A stretch of 49,189 nt of DNA, counting the filler, from Catajapyx aquilonaris (Eukaryota), in NCBI GenBank assembly GCA_000934665.2. It is 3 parts of 3 records of this genome, joined end to end, with 100 filler letters (N's around TTAATTAATTAA, not from the genome) between each part and the next. Parts side by side here need not be neighbours in the genome. Positions count along the whole stretch, not along the records: positions 32,866 to 49,189 come from JYFJ02007233.1; 2 more parts are not named here. One strand, written 5' to 3'. Each line of letters begins with the position of its first letter. Within the stretch, counting starts at the first letter, position 1. The notes under the pieces were generated by a model. That model had not been told where the DNA came from. It saw nothing but the letters and a program-made list of their open reading frames with translations, and made no database searches. This document shows, piece after piece, positions 34,713-47,473 of this stretch. A program made the position numbers and the translations under genes.

Positions 34713-35192
34713 AACAAAAATAACAAAAATAACACAACCATTGATGTTGCTTCATAATATTTTAATTCATTGTTTTCTTTGCACAATTATATGAAATATA
34801 ACTTTCTTCACAAATAATACAGTAACTATTACAAACAATACACAGTCAGAGTAAAGATAATCAATTACAAACAGTAACATAATTTCACAGGCACACTGCA
34901 CCCTTACATTCTCCAATTTCCATGTAAGTACATTGTTACACATATGACTGACCTGGTTTTGTACTCATCAAATTGGTCAATATAATCATATTAATTTCAG
35001 CTTCTCAAACTTATGACATCATTCTGCCTACTGATATATGGTGAAATTCACACATAATACTGAAAACAACAACAGAACTTTGGCAATGGTTGCAGTATTT
35101 CTTATGCAGACACTGTACACCTGATCCAGCTTATAAGCTTCATGATTTTTATTTTATTTATTTATTTATTTTTTGTATTATGCTTGTTTGTA

Positions 35193-35822
35193 CTTGCCCT
35201 AACCCAGAATAATTCAGCCACCTTGAAATTGTGGCTATTCGATTTGCTGAGAAACCTAGGCTATTATCCAAAAATCAGCATAATGGGAACCAGGGTAAGT
35301 AATGGTAATTGTTGGTAAAGCGTTTTACATATAATGGTCCATACAATCGACTATGGGCTGACTTATCCTGGCAGATCCAGACAACATATGATGGCAATTA
35401 CCTCCTCCTTCCATGCACACATGTGCCACGAAGGGCTTTATGTTGAGACTTACCCCCTTCATGCACTGCCCAACTGGAGAAAGGTGGGAGATGGAAGACT
35501 GCAAATGCTATGTATTGGTAGCGCTGCAGTTACCTCCTCCTTCAACGTGCCTTACACAAAATTGGGCAAAATGTTAGTTACCCCCTTCTTCCATGGAGCC
35601 CTTCAATTGTTCTGCCCCTTGTGACACTCTTTAAATACCTTGAATTAAATACGGTAATTATCCTAGAGGTTCCATATTGAGTGTAATTGTGGGCCAAGAC
35701 CTACCCTTTTCGGTGGGCACCTTTCCAGCACCCTGGATGTTGTTTTATGAGCCTGTGACGCCTCTCCGCAAATCCAGCAGCCACGATTTCAAGGTGGCTG
35801 AATTATTTTGGGTTAGGGCAAG
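35193..35822. mobile_element. Unclassified TA-flanked non-autonomous DNA transposon
   Basis: TA|CTTGCCCTAACCCAGAATAATTCAGCCACCTTGAAATTGTGGCT...AGCCACGATTTCAAGGTGGCTGAATTATTTTGGGTTAGGGCAAG|TA (~45-bp TIR). Confidence 0.85.
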
Positions 35823-35853
35823 TATTATGCTTTGTCTCATATTATGTTGACAT

Positions 35854-35919
35854 CACTGAACTATCATGGAATTGACATGTTCCTGACCAGGAACATGTCA
35901 ATTCCATGATAGTTCAGTG
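35854..35919. repeat. Perfect hairpin, 32-bp arms, 2-nt spacer
   Basis: cactgaactatcatggaattgacatgttcctg-ac-caggaacatgtcaattccatgatagttcagtg. Confidence 0.95.
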
Positions 35920-37333
35920 CTTCATGGTGTCATTGTAAAATATAATACCTGTAAAAAAAAAAAAAAAAGGTTTGGCCAGACATATACTGGTATAGAACCA
36001 TTAGCATACTTGAGAATCTTCCCCATACACGTCACCTTGGGCTTGGGCAAACCTGATGGTTGGGTAGTGCAAAGATATGTATTGTCACAACTTTCTTTTG
36101 AGGGGCAGTACATACTGGATGTCTGATAGTCAGTGTTTTGGTTGCCAGTGTGTTTTTTTAACTTTTAAGAGCACAACACTAAATAATAAACCATAACAGC
36201 AACAGGCCAAGAAGAAATGTCGGCCATTAAGTTCCCCCTAAAAATAGCACAGGTGCAAACATGGCAATCATATCATCACTTGCACTCACTGATTTGGCAT
36301 GCCTTTCAAAGGACGGGTGGGTGAGATTCACCTTTTCAAAATGCATCAGTTTAGTAACAACTGCCATTTTGAACTGGACATAAATACAGGAAGACATACA
36401 ATAATTACTTTTGAAAAGTACACAAAACCAATAACTCAAATTTGATCATATAACAACAGGAGCTTCTGCAATCATTCATTAAGACAACTAGTGAGCAATT
36501 GCAAAGTATGAATCACTCAAAGACTTTAGGCACATATAAAATTGTATAGTATGGTCCCAGCCTGACTTCAACATTTGAAACATTTTTCAAGGTGGTCATT
36601 GACTCCTTTGCATTGGTTTCAGGTAGGACTATTCCTTCGCTTATTCTAAAACCAACATACCCTGCAGCACTTTTTGCTACAATGCATGATTACTTGTGTG
36701 ATGAAAATTAACTTATGATGAGTCCTTGCCTTCACTGAGGACATGGCCTGGTATATCAAGCCACCTAGCCAACACTCACTATAGTCACATAGACCAACTG
36801 TATGTGTCAGGATAATACCAATTAGGCAGTTTTTCCCCGCTCTTCCCAGTGGCAGAGTGAACAATTGCTCTAGACGTGGGGCGTCAACCTTTCTAGCTGC
36901 ACTAAAAAGAGGTAGGTTTGCAGAATGAAGTTATTGTACACTGATTCTTTCAACTGACAGTTATACCAAGCAATAGATCTAAAGGCATTTAGAAAGTGTC
37001 CTTTGATGTGATCTTATTGACAACAATAATCCTGAACCTGCTACTGATTATGAGAAGATTTTTAAAAATAATTTGAAATATGAATCTTTCACTCATAGTT
37101 GTCACAAGGTATTAGAATGGACAAAAAACATGGATATGCTTATTATGCTGTGTTTTGAAAGACACATTACCAACGTTTTGGTAAGGTTTAATCAACAATC
37201 TAGTACATATTCCAGTGTACTCTATGCTACACAAATTGGTTGATCATGTAGAAAATAACAATTTGAAATGTTGAAGGTGGTGAAGCCAACTTACAGGGCT
37301 GGTAATTATGTGATATGGATGACTACATGTTAA

Positions 37334-38182
37334 CCCTAATTAGATGGGTCGTTTTTCGCGTTTTTGCAAGGATCTGCAAAAAATTCGCTTGCTTGTCACT
37401 TGGGGGACGAGACGTAAATACACTAGTGAATAAGTTCATATAGTGTCCAGGCTTGATCCTGAGGACATCTATGTGACCCTCCTCTCATACCATACGCAGT
37501 GGAAATTCTTAAATGCACAACAAGGTGGCGCAGGGGGTATGTTTCACACCTACTCCAATTTTTTGTCACTCTGCCTGCTTGACAAAAAGTATATCGGTAT
37601 GTAGCCTTGGCACCGCTGAACAATGCAGGACATAAGCACATAGCATGAATTACGTCACAGGCCTGCCAGGCGAGCTACAGTGATAAACACACACACCCAC
37701 CCAACTGGAAACCTCCCTTGCGCCACAGCTGTTCAAAAACCCCGCGGGGCATGAGCCCCCCATCCTGACAAAGGCCGGCCGGGAGTTGCCTGCCAACAGC
37801 TAATTGGCATTTACGAACATTATTTATTTATTTTAAAGCTATTGAATTATCGTTTGCACTAATTTTAGGGTGGAATCGCTTGAGGAGGTTTGGGGGCAAC
37901 TATGTATGCCAAAAATTTGCCGCCAAGGTCGGATTTTTTTTCTTTTCTTTATTGAAGGATTTTTTTCAGCGGCCACAAAAAGATGATTTCATTCAAGTTA
38001 ATCTGGTTAATCCGGTTTATTTATGCAAGATTTTGTAGTCCAAAACTCGCGATTTTTTAAGCGAGAGAAAATTAAAAAAGCCACACAGAAAGCACGTTAC
38101 TTAGTGGGAAAACACTACAGTTTTGCCAGGAGAATTTTTTTAAGCCACCGTATCAGCATATGATATGCCCGTCTTATTAGGG
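37334..38182. mobile_element. piggyBac-like non-autonomous element
   Basis: TTAA|CCCTAATTAGATGGG...CCCGTCTTATTAGGG|TTAA; possible degraded Cys-rich C-terminal remnant on the minus strand near 37510-37640. Confidence 0.8.
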
Positions 38183-39640
38183 TTAATATCAGCCTACACG
38201 CTTCCATATCACAACATAATTTATCAGCATGTGCCTGTAGCAAATAAGTTCCACTGAAACATGTACAAACCAACAATATCTTGCATGCTTATACCAACAA
38301 GTAACGTGACAATCATATTAGTCCTCGTAATTTCTACATTACATCTAGGTACGTAGTTTTCACTGAGTAACAAAGACAATAACTGAATTCCCTTTATGTG
38401 GGAGATTCAACTCCTCTCATTCTTACAAACATCTTCTTCAGAGATCTTGAGATGTGACATGTAACTCATACCAAAACTCTCAAACAATTCACACCATAGC
38501 CCATATAATCATTATGCTAAATATACGAATATAAAATACAGTTTGTGAATATTGCCTACGGCATGTTTCTTCAAAAATGTTAATGAGAAACTGCCAACAA
38601 TGACGCTGCAGGTATTCTGGCAACATTAGGAAGGAAGCCCCAACTGTAGTATAATTCGTATTATTATATTGCTTCTTCAAACTAGAAACATGTGTGATGA
38701 TCACTCATTCAAGCAAGTAAGATGGGGCAACAGGATGTTCCCTGACAAAACGTAACAATTCATTCATTTCATATTTCAAACTTCACACACACACACACAT
38801 GCACAAAGCTCTATCACAAGAACCACGATGCTTCTACTTCAATAATATTCAGGGAGTGACAGGAAATGTAACATTATTTTGCTTCCTTCCAGCATCCTTT
38901 TAAAGACCTGCATATAATAATGTTAATAACTTCAATATAGGGCAGTGAATATTGCATAATGAACAATTATTAGAGTACGTTAGGACTGATATTAAGTAGT
39001 GTACAAATCATTAATGAAATTGAAGGTCTACATGCAAAATTAACTGTTAAAAAATTGCCCCACAACTCTCTCTATGATAGTTCTTACTCCTGGTATCACA
39101 GGGCACCTACATAATGGCATGATCAAATGCAGCTACATGTCAAAGCCTGTGAAACATAATCATGGCTATGAGAGTGCCACATGTAAATGGAAATTATCAC
39201 TTTATCTTCACTGAAATGTCCATGTTCTCCTAGTGTAAGATCTTGCCATGTAGCATCCATTGGCTCATGCCATTATTGTAATGAAGTAATGTTGCAGGCA
39301 GGCACTATGGTGCCAGTGTCTATAAATCATGTTAGTCAACCAATATCAGGTGATTAATGCTGATGTGAAACAATAATGAGATTAATCTCTTCTGTAACAT
39401 ACTTTGGTTTCTCTTGCATGTAGATCTTCAACTTACACTGCATACAATATGGAGCACATATACTCCACTTCCTACATAATTATTGCACTTTGTAACCGTT
39501 GAACAGGTTCCACTCTGATTACTGGCATAATTCCACTCATCTGATAACACAAACATACACCCACACATACCAGTACCACCTTTCCATACACATTTACTTA
39601 ACTGACCATTATTGCAAGGTCTTGTTTATCACAGGATCCT

Positions 39641-42600
39641 TCATGAAATACTTTCCAGGCATTGGCACAATGTATTCCATGTATGTATTGCCTGCAATGA
39701 AAATTAATATTAATGAAATGGTTAGTACGGTAACTAAATATACTTGTTTCAAACAGCATTCAGGCCCATTTACACAGCCACTTCTTTTTCCCGAGAAAGG
39801 TTGTACCAATTACATTACTGTTACAATTAAGAAGCTTGTGTGACACTGGGGGAAAAAAGGAAATACTAACATACTGTATTTTCAAATACCGAAATTTATG
39901 GTCAGAAAACAGAAGCAGGGCAAATAGTCATGATTTTTACTTTGTAAGGTTGGTCTAAAAGGGAAAGCACACTGCATACATAAATTCCGCTTATTTAGCT
40001 GTTTCCTGGTAAGCAGAAAATGCCTGTTAACTTTGTAGTTGAAAGTAACTGCTATTCTTAGATCTTGAATTGCTCAACAAGGCAAAATATGGCCTCTCAA
40101 AATGCTACATTTCCAACCTACATCTACCTGTATATCCAGAAAGTGAGGTCCGTTTATTTATTAGAAAAATCACAATGCACCCCCAAAATTTTTATTTACA
40201 CATCTGAAATTGACAACTGTCTCCTTTTTTTCAAAATAGTTTCCAAACAAATTGAGGCATTTTTCAGTGAGTTACAGAAGATTTTGTATGCCTATGTCAT
40301 AGAGCTCTGCCGCCAGCCATTTCTACGATCCCTGAATGCTGGATTGCAACTCCTCGTCATCGTAAGCTTTCTGCTTTGCAAGCCATTTCTTATAGCTAGG
40401 CTCTAAATCCTGGGTGATCGAACAATTCGCACTTGAATTGTTGTGGCAGAGTTCCAGTAAGCAAGGCCAGATGGCATTGTCGCGCACGAAAAACACCAGG
40501 AACTCAACATGCCCCTACGCAACAATTCAATTGTGAATTGTTCGATCACATTAATATACGTATATCCTCATTATGATCATTTTTTACTTTATACACTTTA
40601 TACAGCAGTAGGTGGGCGAGCATTGTGTCGCAGGAAAAACATCCCTCAACTCAACATGCCACTACCTTTGTTCAACCCAAAGGTTTATTGTGAGACATTA
40701 CAGAAGGTAAGGATGGCCATTCAAAAGAAACATAGCGGCATGTTGAATTGCGAGTGTTTTTCTTGCGCTACATTGCCCGCCCGCATGCTGCCTTGCGTGC
40801 TGGAACCCTGCCGCAACTATTCACGTGACAATTGTTCCATCGCCATCATTAGAGCCTAGCAATTACTACCTGTCCATGAACATTAAAGAAATGGCATGCA
40901 AAGCAGAGATTTAATGATGACAAGGAGTTGCATACCAGTGTTCAGGGGTCAGGGAAATGGCTGGCGGCAAACTTACATGACATAGGCACACAAAATCTTC
41001 TATAACTCTGTCAAATGCTTTGATTTTGGTGGAAACTATGTTGAAATAAAGTAGACAGTTGAAGCTTTCAGATGTTTATAATAAAAATTCTGGGGGTGCT
41101 TGGTAGTTTTTCTATTTAAAAAAAGGAAGTTACTTTCTGGATTACCCTTGTAAATTATAGTGGCATGGATTCAGAGGCAGCACAAAATCATAACCTCAAT
41201 TAGGAATTTCATACTCTAATGCAGTGGTTCCCAACTTGTGGATCGTGACCCCTGAAGCCTTGTTCAGGTGGGTCGCACAGTGTCCAAGGTTACCTGACTA
41301 TCATAAAAGGGGTGTCGCGAGCCAAAAAAGGTTGGGAACCACTGCTCTAAAATATCAAGCAGGCAGAAACATCCTACCTTTTTGCACAGTTTGATCTGAA
41401 GTATTGCATAACCCTTGAAGGTTTCCCTCAAGTCTTCCACTTTTTGTGACTGGAATCGCTCTACCTCACCAAAAGCTTTGATTGAAAAATCTCTGAAAAA
41501 ATTCACTCCGTTAACAACAGTTCTCAATAAAATATTACTGTGATTAAATTTGACACCCTACTGAAATGATTAAGTGCAACTGTTAGGACTAGTTTAACAT
41601 TTGAAAATGAGGTCCCTTGTTCTCATAAAGACAGTGGCATCATATGCTGTCATTTTTAAAGTATAAACTAGTTCTGAATGTTACATCCCATCACAACTTA
41701 ACAAGTGGTGTGTATGGCTTGGTATATTCAAGTTAATAATGCTGTAAATTACCATGGGCATAGAGTTACGTCCCGTCAAGCATTTGCATATAGACAGTTT
41801 TGGGATTCTTTTTCCCCCTATGTTATTGCTTGTGTTACCCATCGATATATAACCCATATATAAAGGGTATATTGCAGATGTAACTAACTATTAACATCAG
41901 AGTTCATTGTGCCTTAGCATTGAGGATGTTATTGACCATTGAATAAGTGTAACTGGATGGTGTCACGTGTGAGCTACAAATGTAACGTTCGCTCATACTC
42001 AGCGGTTTCTAGAGAACAATGACTATGTCGTGTCAGCATGCCCATGTAAGGCAATCCTTCCGGGGCGTTGGCTAGGGGGGATTGACCAAGAAGATGACGA
42101 AGAGCTGGAGAAACAGAGGGCATAAAAGGAACAACTGGAGTGACGAGAGGGCAGAGTGGGCAGAGTGTGTGCAGGACAGTCTAGTCATGGTGCGAATAGT
42201 GAGAAGGTGCTGAAGCCAAGTGCCAGGAAGGAAGGAAGGAAGGAAGGAAGGAAGTCCACTGGTCACCGCTGATACAGGATGACCCAAGACAGTATAGTAT
42301 TGTTCCATCAGTGTGTGTGTGTACTATTGGGAGTGATCACCATCCTGTAAGAATGTTTCTGTAACAGTAATTTTGAGTACTACCATTGTAAACCCTAACC
42401 GAACATTAAAACCAATTTGTTGTTATCCCTTGAAGTCGATCCACTTTTATTTTGGTAATTAAAAGAACTCAGATCATTCAACAAGAGTGAATGATATCAC
42501 TTGTGAGCAATATTAAAAAATTCTCATAATTGATATACAGTCGACTCTGGATATAACAGGCTTCAATGGACCACTGAAATGCACATTCTGACTGGTTACA

Positions 42601-45600
42601 ATGCGTGTTTGGCAACTTAATCTTGCGAGTTGATGTAGAGAGATTAATTTGAAAGCTAGGAATAAGGGGGATGAAAAGATGTGAAAATTGCAATGCCAAT
42701 CACTCAGGACATTATGTTGACTGCTTAGACCTTATACACAGAGGAGGAGGTAAGGCACCTGTAATGGGAAAAGTTGGCAAGTGATTCACAGGAGGTACCA
42801 GGGCATTCATGACTGGTTGGCACTGATGGAGGAAGGGAGGCAAGGATCTATTCTCTCGTTCATTCCCCAACTCAAAACGAGGTCTAATATAGGTATTTTT
42901 CACAGAAAAAATATAGACAAAACCTCGCTCTGTATCAGCAAAACCAGCCTAACATCGGCATACTGGTATATCCACCAGATGTACATTTTCTAAGGTCTGG
43001 TCACCTCTGATTTTTCTAGCATGCTGTAGAACACCGGGTAATAGGGTACTTACTCAGCAGTGCCAAATCCCTGCCAATCCCCATTTGGACTCTTCTGTCT
43101 AACACTCAGACAGATTATTGTATAAAATATGCATGTGGGTGATGTACTTGAGATTCAACCATCTTATTGGCTCCCAATATGCTCTAAAGAGGCACCTTTT
43201 GTGCCATCTGCTAAGTACAGGTACCCAGTGATTGTGCAGTATATGCCATGCCCTGTCCTCCAGTTTTTATCAGCTGCTGTATTATGGAATATAGCTGCAC
43301 CTGAATATCCCAATGTAAGCAAGTCTCCATTCTACCTAAGATCAAGGTGCACTTCCCTACAATGCATAAAAGCAAGGTTCAGAAAACACACTCACTTTGC
43401 TTCACGTTTGGCTTGCTGTATTTCATCCGCAGTCTCTTGCATTTGCTGATCCAGTGTGACCACCTTTGCCTCCCGCACTTCATCTGTGTCAATCGACCAC
43501 AAGAGTCTTGACATCAGAGTAGATTTTCCTGTGAAAACCAAATTTTAAAAAACTGTTGTAGTCAATAAATTACAACATCTCCATCTACATACAGTTCAAG
43601 ATCAGTAGCAATGACTCACCACCTTATTTCATGCTACCATCCCAAGTCAATAGTAATTGCATAATGTAAGGCCCTTTTGAAGCCACGGAATTGTTGACAT
43701 GCATTTGACACAAGGTACTTCAAAAATTATAGTACGTATGCAAGATGTGACAAATCTCGGCCTCCAAGAGTACCTTATTGGCTTAAATTAATGCATTTGG
43801 CTTACCTTGCAAAACTTTTTCCTTTTGTTGAGATTTTGCCAGCAGTGAATCTTCTGATTTCTCAATATTGTATTCCAAGAGTTGATATTTGTGGCAAACA
43901 TTTTGTAAAGCTCCAGCAAAAAAGTAATACTCCTTCAACTGATCAGCATATATTTCCTCTTCTTCTAGTAAGCAATCTATAAATGAAGCATAGGCATCCA
44001 GAAAATGCCCAGCTCTCTGAAAATAAAATCTATGTGTCACTGGCTTTTTAATGGAAAGATAATAAGAGTAGTATCACTTACTTGCAATCCATCACCCATG
44101 TCCTTTTCAATAGCACTCCATTCACTAAATACTTTTCCATACTGTGAATGCAATTTATGAATGGTGTACATTTCCTCCACTAATCTGACTCGCAGCTTCA
44201 AAAAGTTTCCCAAGTTAGTCTGAAAATAAATTAGAGAAATGTGACTTCCCAGTAAGTGTCCTGTACAGTCCATTCAAAGAATGTTGGCAAGTAACGTGTA
44301 TAAAAAAATCTGGATGGCTATTTTATTTCACAAACTAATATTTTAGCACAAAAGTGTGCAAGTGTCAAATTAAAAACTAAAAGCCAGATTGCAAAAAAGT
44401 AGAACCCTGATATAGAAATAAATCTTGCAAATATACACTTTCCTCCCCACTTTTTATGCAGAAATTTGAAGATGGTTATAATTATTTGCAGTTGCATATT
44501 TGTTCACGAAAAAAATTAAACTGATGACTGCAGACCACCAACTGTAGTGTGATCTCTTTCCAAATGAGGTATCAAACTGCAAAATTTCCAACACAGCAGG
44601 ACGCTTTAGTAAGCTTGGTGTAATTTAGCTGTGGCCTTAGCTACTCCCTCAATAGCTAACAAGTCAATTTTGGGCACTTGTATATTTCAAATTCAAATGC
44701 ACCATATTTTGGAGCAGACAGATCATGCATTATAAGTTGGCTGCAGGGTCACAGGCTCATGGCCCAACCTTAACTTCAACTGCTCCTCCTCAGCACAATC
44801 TTGTGTAAACCATCCCACTGATGTCCATGCTTAAACTCACTTGTAATTCACTGCCATAATTTTTAATTTCTTCAAACTTCTTATCTGGTTTCTTCAGTCG
44901 AATAGCAACATTTAGAGCTCTTAGTTTAGATTCTGCTTGCTGCCAATAACCTGAAAAGTCAAATACCTCTTAATTAGAATTCCCTTTTTGCATGACAAAG
45001 GATGCACTACTTACTTGAGTGTTTGTTTTCAGTGTACCAGCAATCATGTTGAAGAAATCCCATGAAAACAGCATCTCTCGACAAGACTGGATGGGATGAC
45101 ACACGTGTTAAGAAGCTCTGTAATGATGCAGAGTATCCATGTAATCATTTTCATAACTAGCACATGGGTCCTAAATTAGCTTTAAAATGTGTCACACACA
45201 TTCTTCTCCATCACATGGTGGATCAGAAAACGAAATAAACTTACCTCCAAGCCAGCTTTGCGCCTGTCAATAAAGTCAGGATCCAGTGTGTCAGCTGATA
45301 GTTTCTGCCATGTGTACATGGCCCTTTTCTCAGGCAGAGGTGGAGTGATTATGTAAGGGTAAGTAATTTCCAAATAGTTTCTGAGGGCTTCAAATTCACT
45401 GTATCGCCTCCACAGGGAACAGCTTTTCTTCATAGGACAGTTCCAACCATTATCATTTGCTCTGCAAAGATTTAAAAAATAAATAAAATCTAGAAAAAAT
45501 TACTTGGACATAATGTATTACTTGGTTTCAACCAGGTACACTGTATGATGATCCCGAACATTCAAAGACGTGTTCAATCGCTTGTCAGCTTCAGGAATGT

Positions 45601-47473
45601 TGATGTCAAAGTGATTGAGCAAGGTGTCCTGTAAGAAAGTGGTCAAAATGTAGAAACATTATCGAACAGGACATGTGATAATAAACCAACCTATACATGG
45701 TTCGGGATTTAACCTACCGTCGCTTTGGGAAATGATAGATCGGTTCTAGGCAATCACTTTGAGTATATCCAACATGGGTCTCCTACGCATCGTCACTGAG
45801 ATAATGTGCTTCAAACACAAGATAAAATATCCTGGCACGTATGCTTTCCTCCACTTGAGCGTACCTTTTTCAGGATAGAGTTGGCCTTACTGGCATGCGG
45901 GAGGTGAGAGGGTAGTAGTCGGTGGGGGCAGCGGGCTGTGTCCCAAAGGCAAGGATAAAGGATAGGCATGTATCTGCTGAAGATAGGTCTGTATCCGCAA
46001 GGAAGGAAGGTTAGGCTTGGTTAGGTTAGGTTGGTACAGCATACCCCTTCCAAAATCCAAAAAATCAATCCTTGCATCCTTGCCTTTGCAACCCAGCCAT
46101 GCTGCCTGCAGCCACCACTCACCCTGCTGCCTCCCGCACGCCAGTAAGGCTTACTCTTTTCCTTTTTCATTTAATTTTAAGGTGTTACCATGTAATTTGA
46201 TTTTAATTTACGATCTTGTTAGGTGTAGCAGAGAATAGCCTAAGCGATGTAAGTGTCATAAGCAGTATCCGAAATCTATATGCTGGGATAAGGCACTTTT
46301 TATTTCATGCTAATTATCTCAGTAACTATGCGTAGGAGACCCATGTTGTGTATACTCAAAGTGATCCCCTAGAACCCCCCTATCATTTCCCAAAGCGACG
46401 GTAGGTTAAATTTCCGAACCCTGTATACTGCACAGTAAAGTTTCCATAACTTTCAGTTTTCTCACCATGTTGCTGACAACAAGCAATAAAGTACAAAGTA
46501 CAATAAAACTATTGCTTCACAGACAGCATGTTACTTTCTGACCCAAGGTAACACGACCTCTATGTTGATTTTCAGACAAGAATCATAATTTTTAAGCAAA
46601 AAAAAGTGTACAACAAAACCCACCATCAGCATTTTTGCCTGGTACAGAAAAAAATCACATTAAAAAAGACACAGACTTCCCAAATTGTGCTATGTAGGGC
46701 TTCTCCAAAACCGCAACATCTTCCACGCAACTGTGGATGCCACAAGACTGTTGTTAGTTTTAAATAAAATGAATTGTCATCAACTACACAATTGTCATCA
46801 ACTCCCATCCAGTGATCTGGTCAGTGGTGGGTTTCAAGGTCAGTTGCATGATGAAAAAATGCTACTTCTTTTGCTCTCCAATTGCAGTTTAAAAATTAAC
46901 ACCATTCTGAGAGAGATAATTGCCAGTGCAACTCAAAGTGCCATAACCCGGCCGATTGTCCCAATCTGCAAACTTGATCCCAATTTCGACCAATACATGT
47001 CAGTAATAAGCTAGAAGTATTTATAGCGGGCCCCAAAAATGAGCAAAAACCAACAGTCCAGTGAGTGTTGAGGAGCGAGTGCGGCTAGACATAAATTGCA
47101 CACACGTGCCCACCAGGTGTGGAAGGGACGTTGAAAATAATGGTGAATGCATCTACGCAACTTATGGACGAGCCCCAAGCTTCATGTAAAATAAGGTGCC
47201 AAACTCATGATACTATGCATGAACACCAGTACTCTCTTCATCAGTCATAATTATGATGAGCAGTCCAGACTGGTCCGGACCACTCCATACCCACAATGTC
47301 CAAGTTACTAAAACATGACCTGAACTAGCGCAACCACGTACCACTTGGTCTCCACCATCGACATCAGTGCAGCGACCTTGCCCATCAGTTTCATCCGACA
47401 TCGAAGATCCAGCGTCGTAATTTTTGGCGCCAGCCTGACATTCATCCTTATCCTGCCCATGCCCATCCTCCAT
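39641..47473 (-). CDS. SNX4: Sorting nexin 4 (PX-BAR), 10 coding exons, ~438 aa
   Basis: Exons 47473-47342 (inferred first exon), 45628-45522, 45461-45245, 45117-45015, 44950-44841, 44219-44082, 44016-43806, 43528-43396, 41492-41378, 39691-39641; 1317 nt in frame. PX motifs SLWRRYSEFE, PPLPEKRA, DPDFIDRRKAGLE; BAR motifs VFSEWSAIEKDMGDGLQRAGH, ADQLKEY, ERFQSQKVEDL. Confidence 0.96.
40127..41150. mobile_element. Fold-back derivative of a mariner (DD34D-type) element in the last SNX4 intron
   Basis: Diverged ~260-bp inverted arms (40127-40390 / 40886-41150), TA flanks. Plus-strand transposase remnants YCETLQKVRMAIQKKHSGML, ARPHAA and KKWHAKQRFNDDKEL. Confidence 0.85.
41222..41344. mobile_element. 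hAT (Charlie-like) MITE
   Basis: TIR CAGTGGTTCCCAAC / GTTGGGAACCACTG; 8-bp TSD ctctaatg / ctctaaaa. A related right-end fragment lies at ~1508-1572. Confidence 0.85.
41960..42483 (+). mobile_element. Possible degraded solo LTR in an SNX4 intron
   Basis: TGT...ACA-like ends, TATA-like gcataaaag, purine-rich R-like region, attaaa; no TSD found and boundaries uncertain. Confidence 0.3.
45696..46423. mobile_element. TA-flanked MITE with ~90-bp TIRs, second internal inverted repeat and central TTAGG repeats (SNX4 intron 1)
   Basis: TA|CATGGTTCGGGATTTAACCTACCGTCGCTTTGGG...CCCAAAGCGACGGTAGGTTAAATTTCCGAACCCTG|TA; inner arms ~45883-45962 / ~46068-46150; ggttaggcttggttaggttaggttgg at 46009-46034. Confidence 0.9.

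Noticed and set aside
35398..35600. Regularly recurring motif resembling a CRISPR-like array
   Set aside because: Repeats are degenerate, irregularly spaced and inside a TIR element in eukaryotic DNA; no cas genes.
38839..38907. Alternative SNX4 last exon (VFKRMLEG...EYY*)
   Set aside because: Exon 39691-39641 (AIHTWNTLCQCLESIS*) matches the SNX4 C-terminus; this one shows no similarity.
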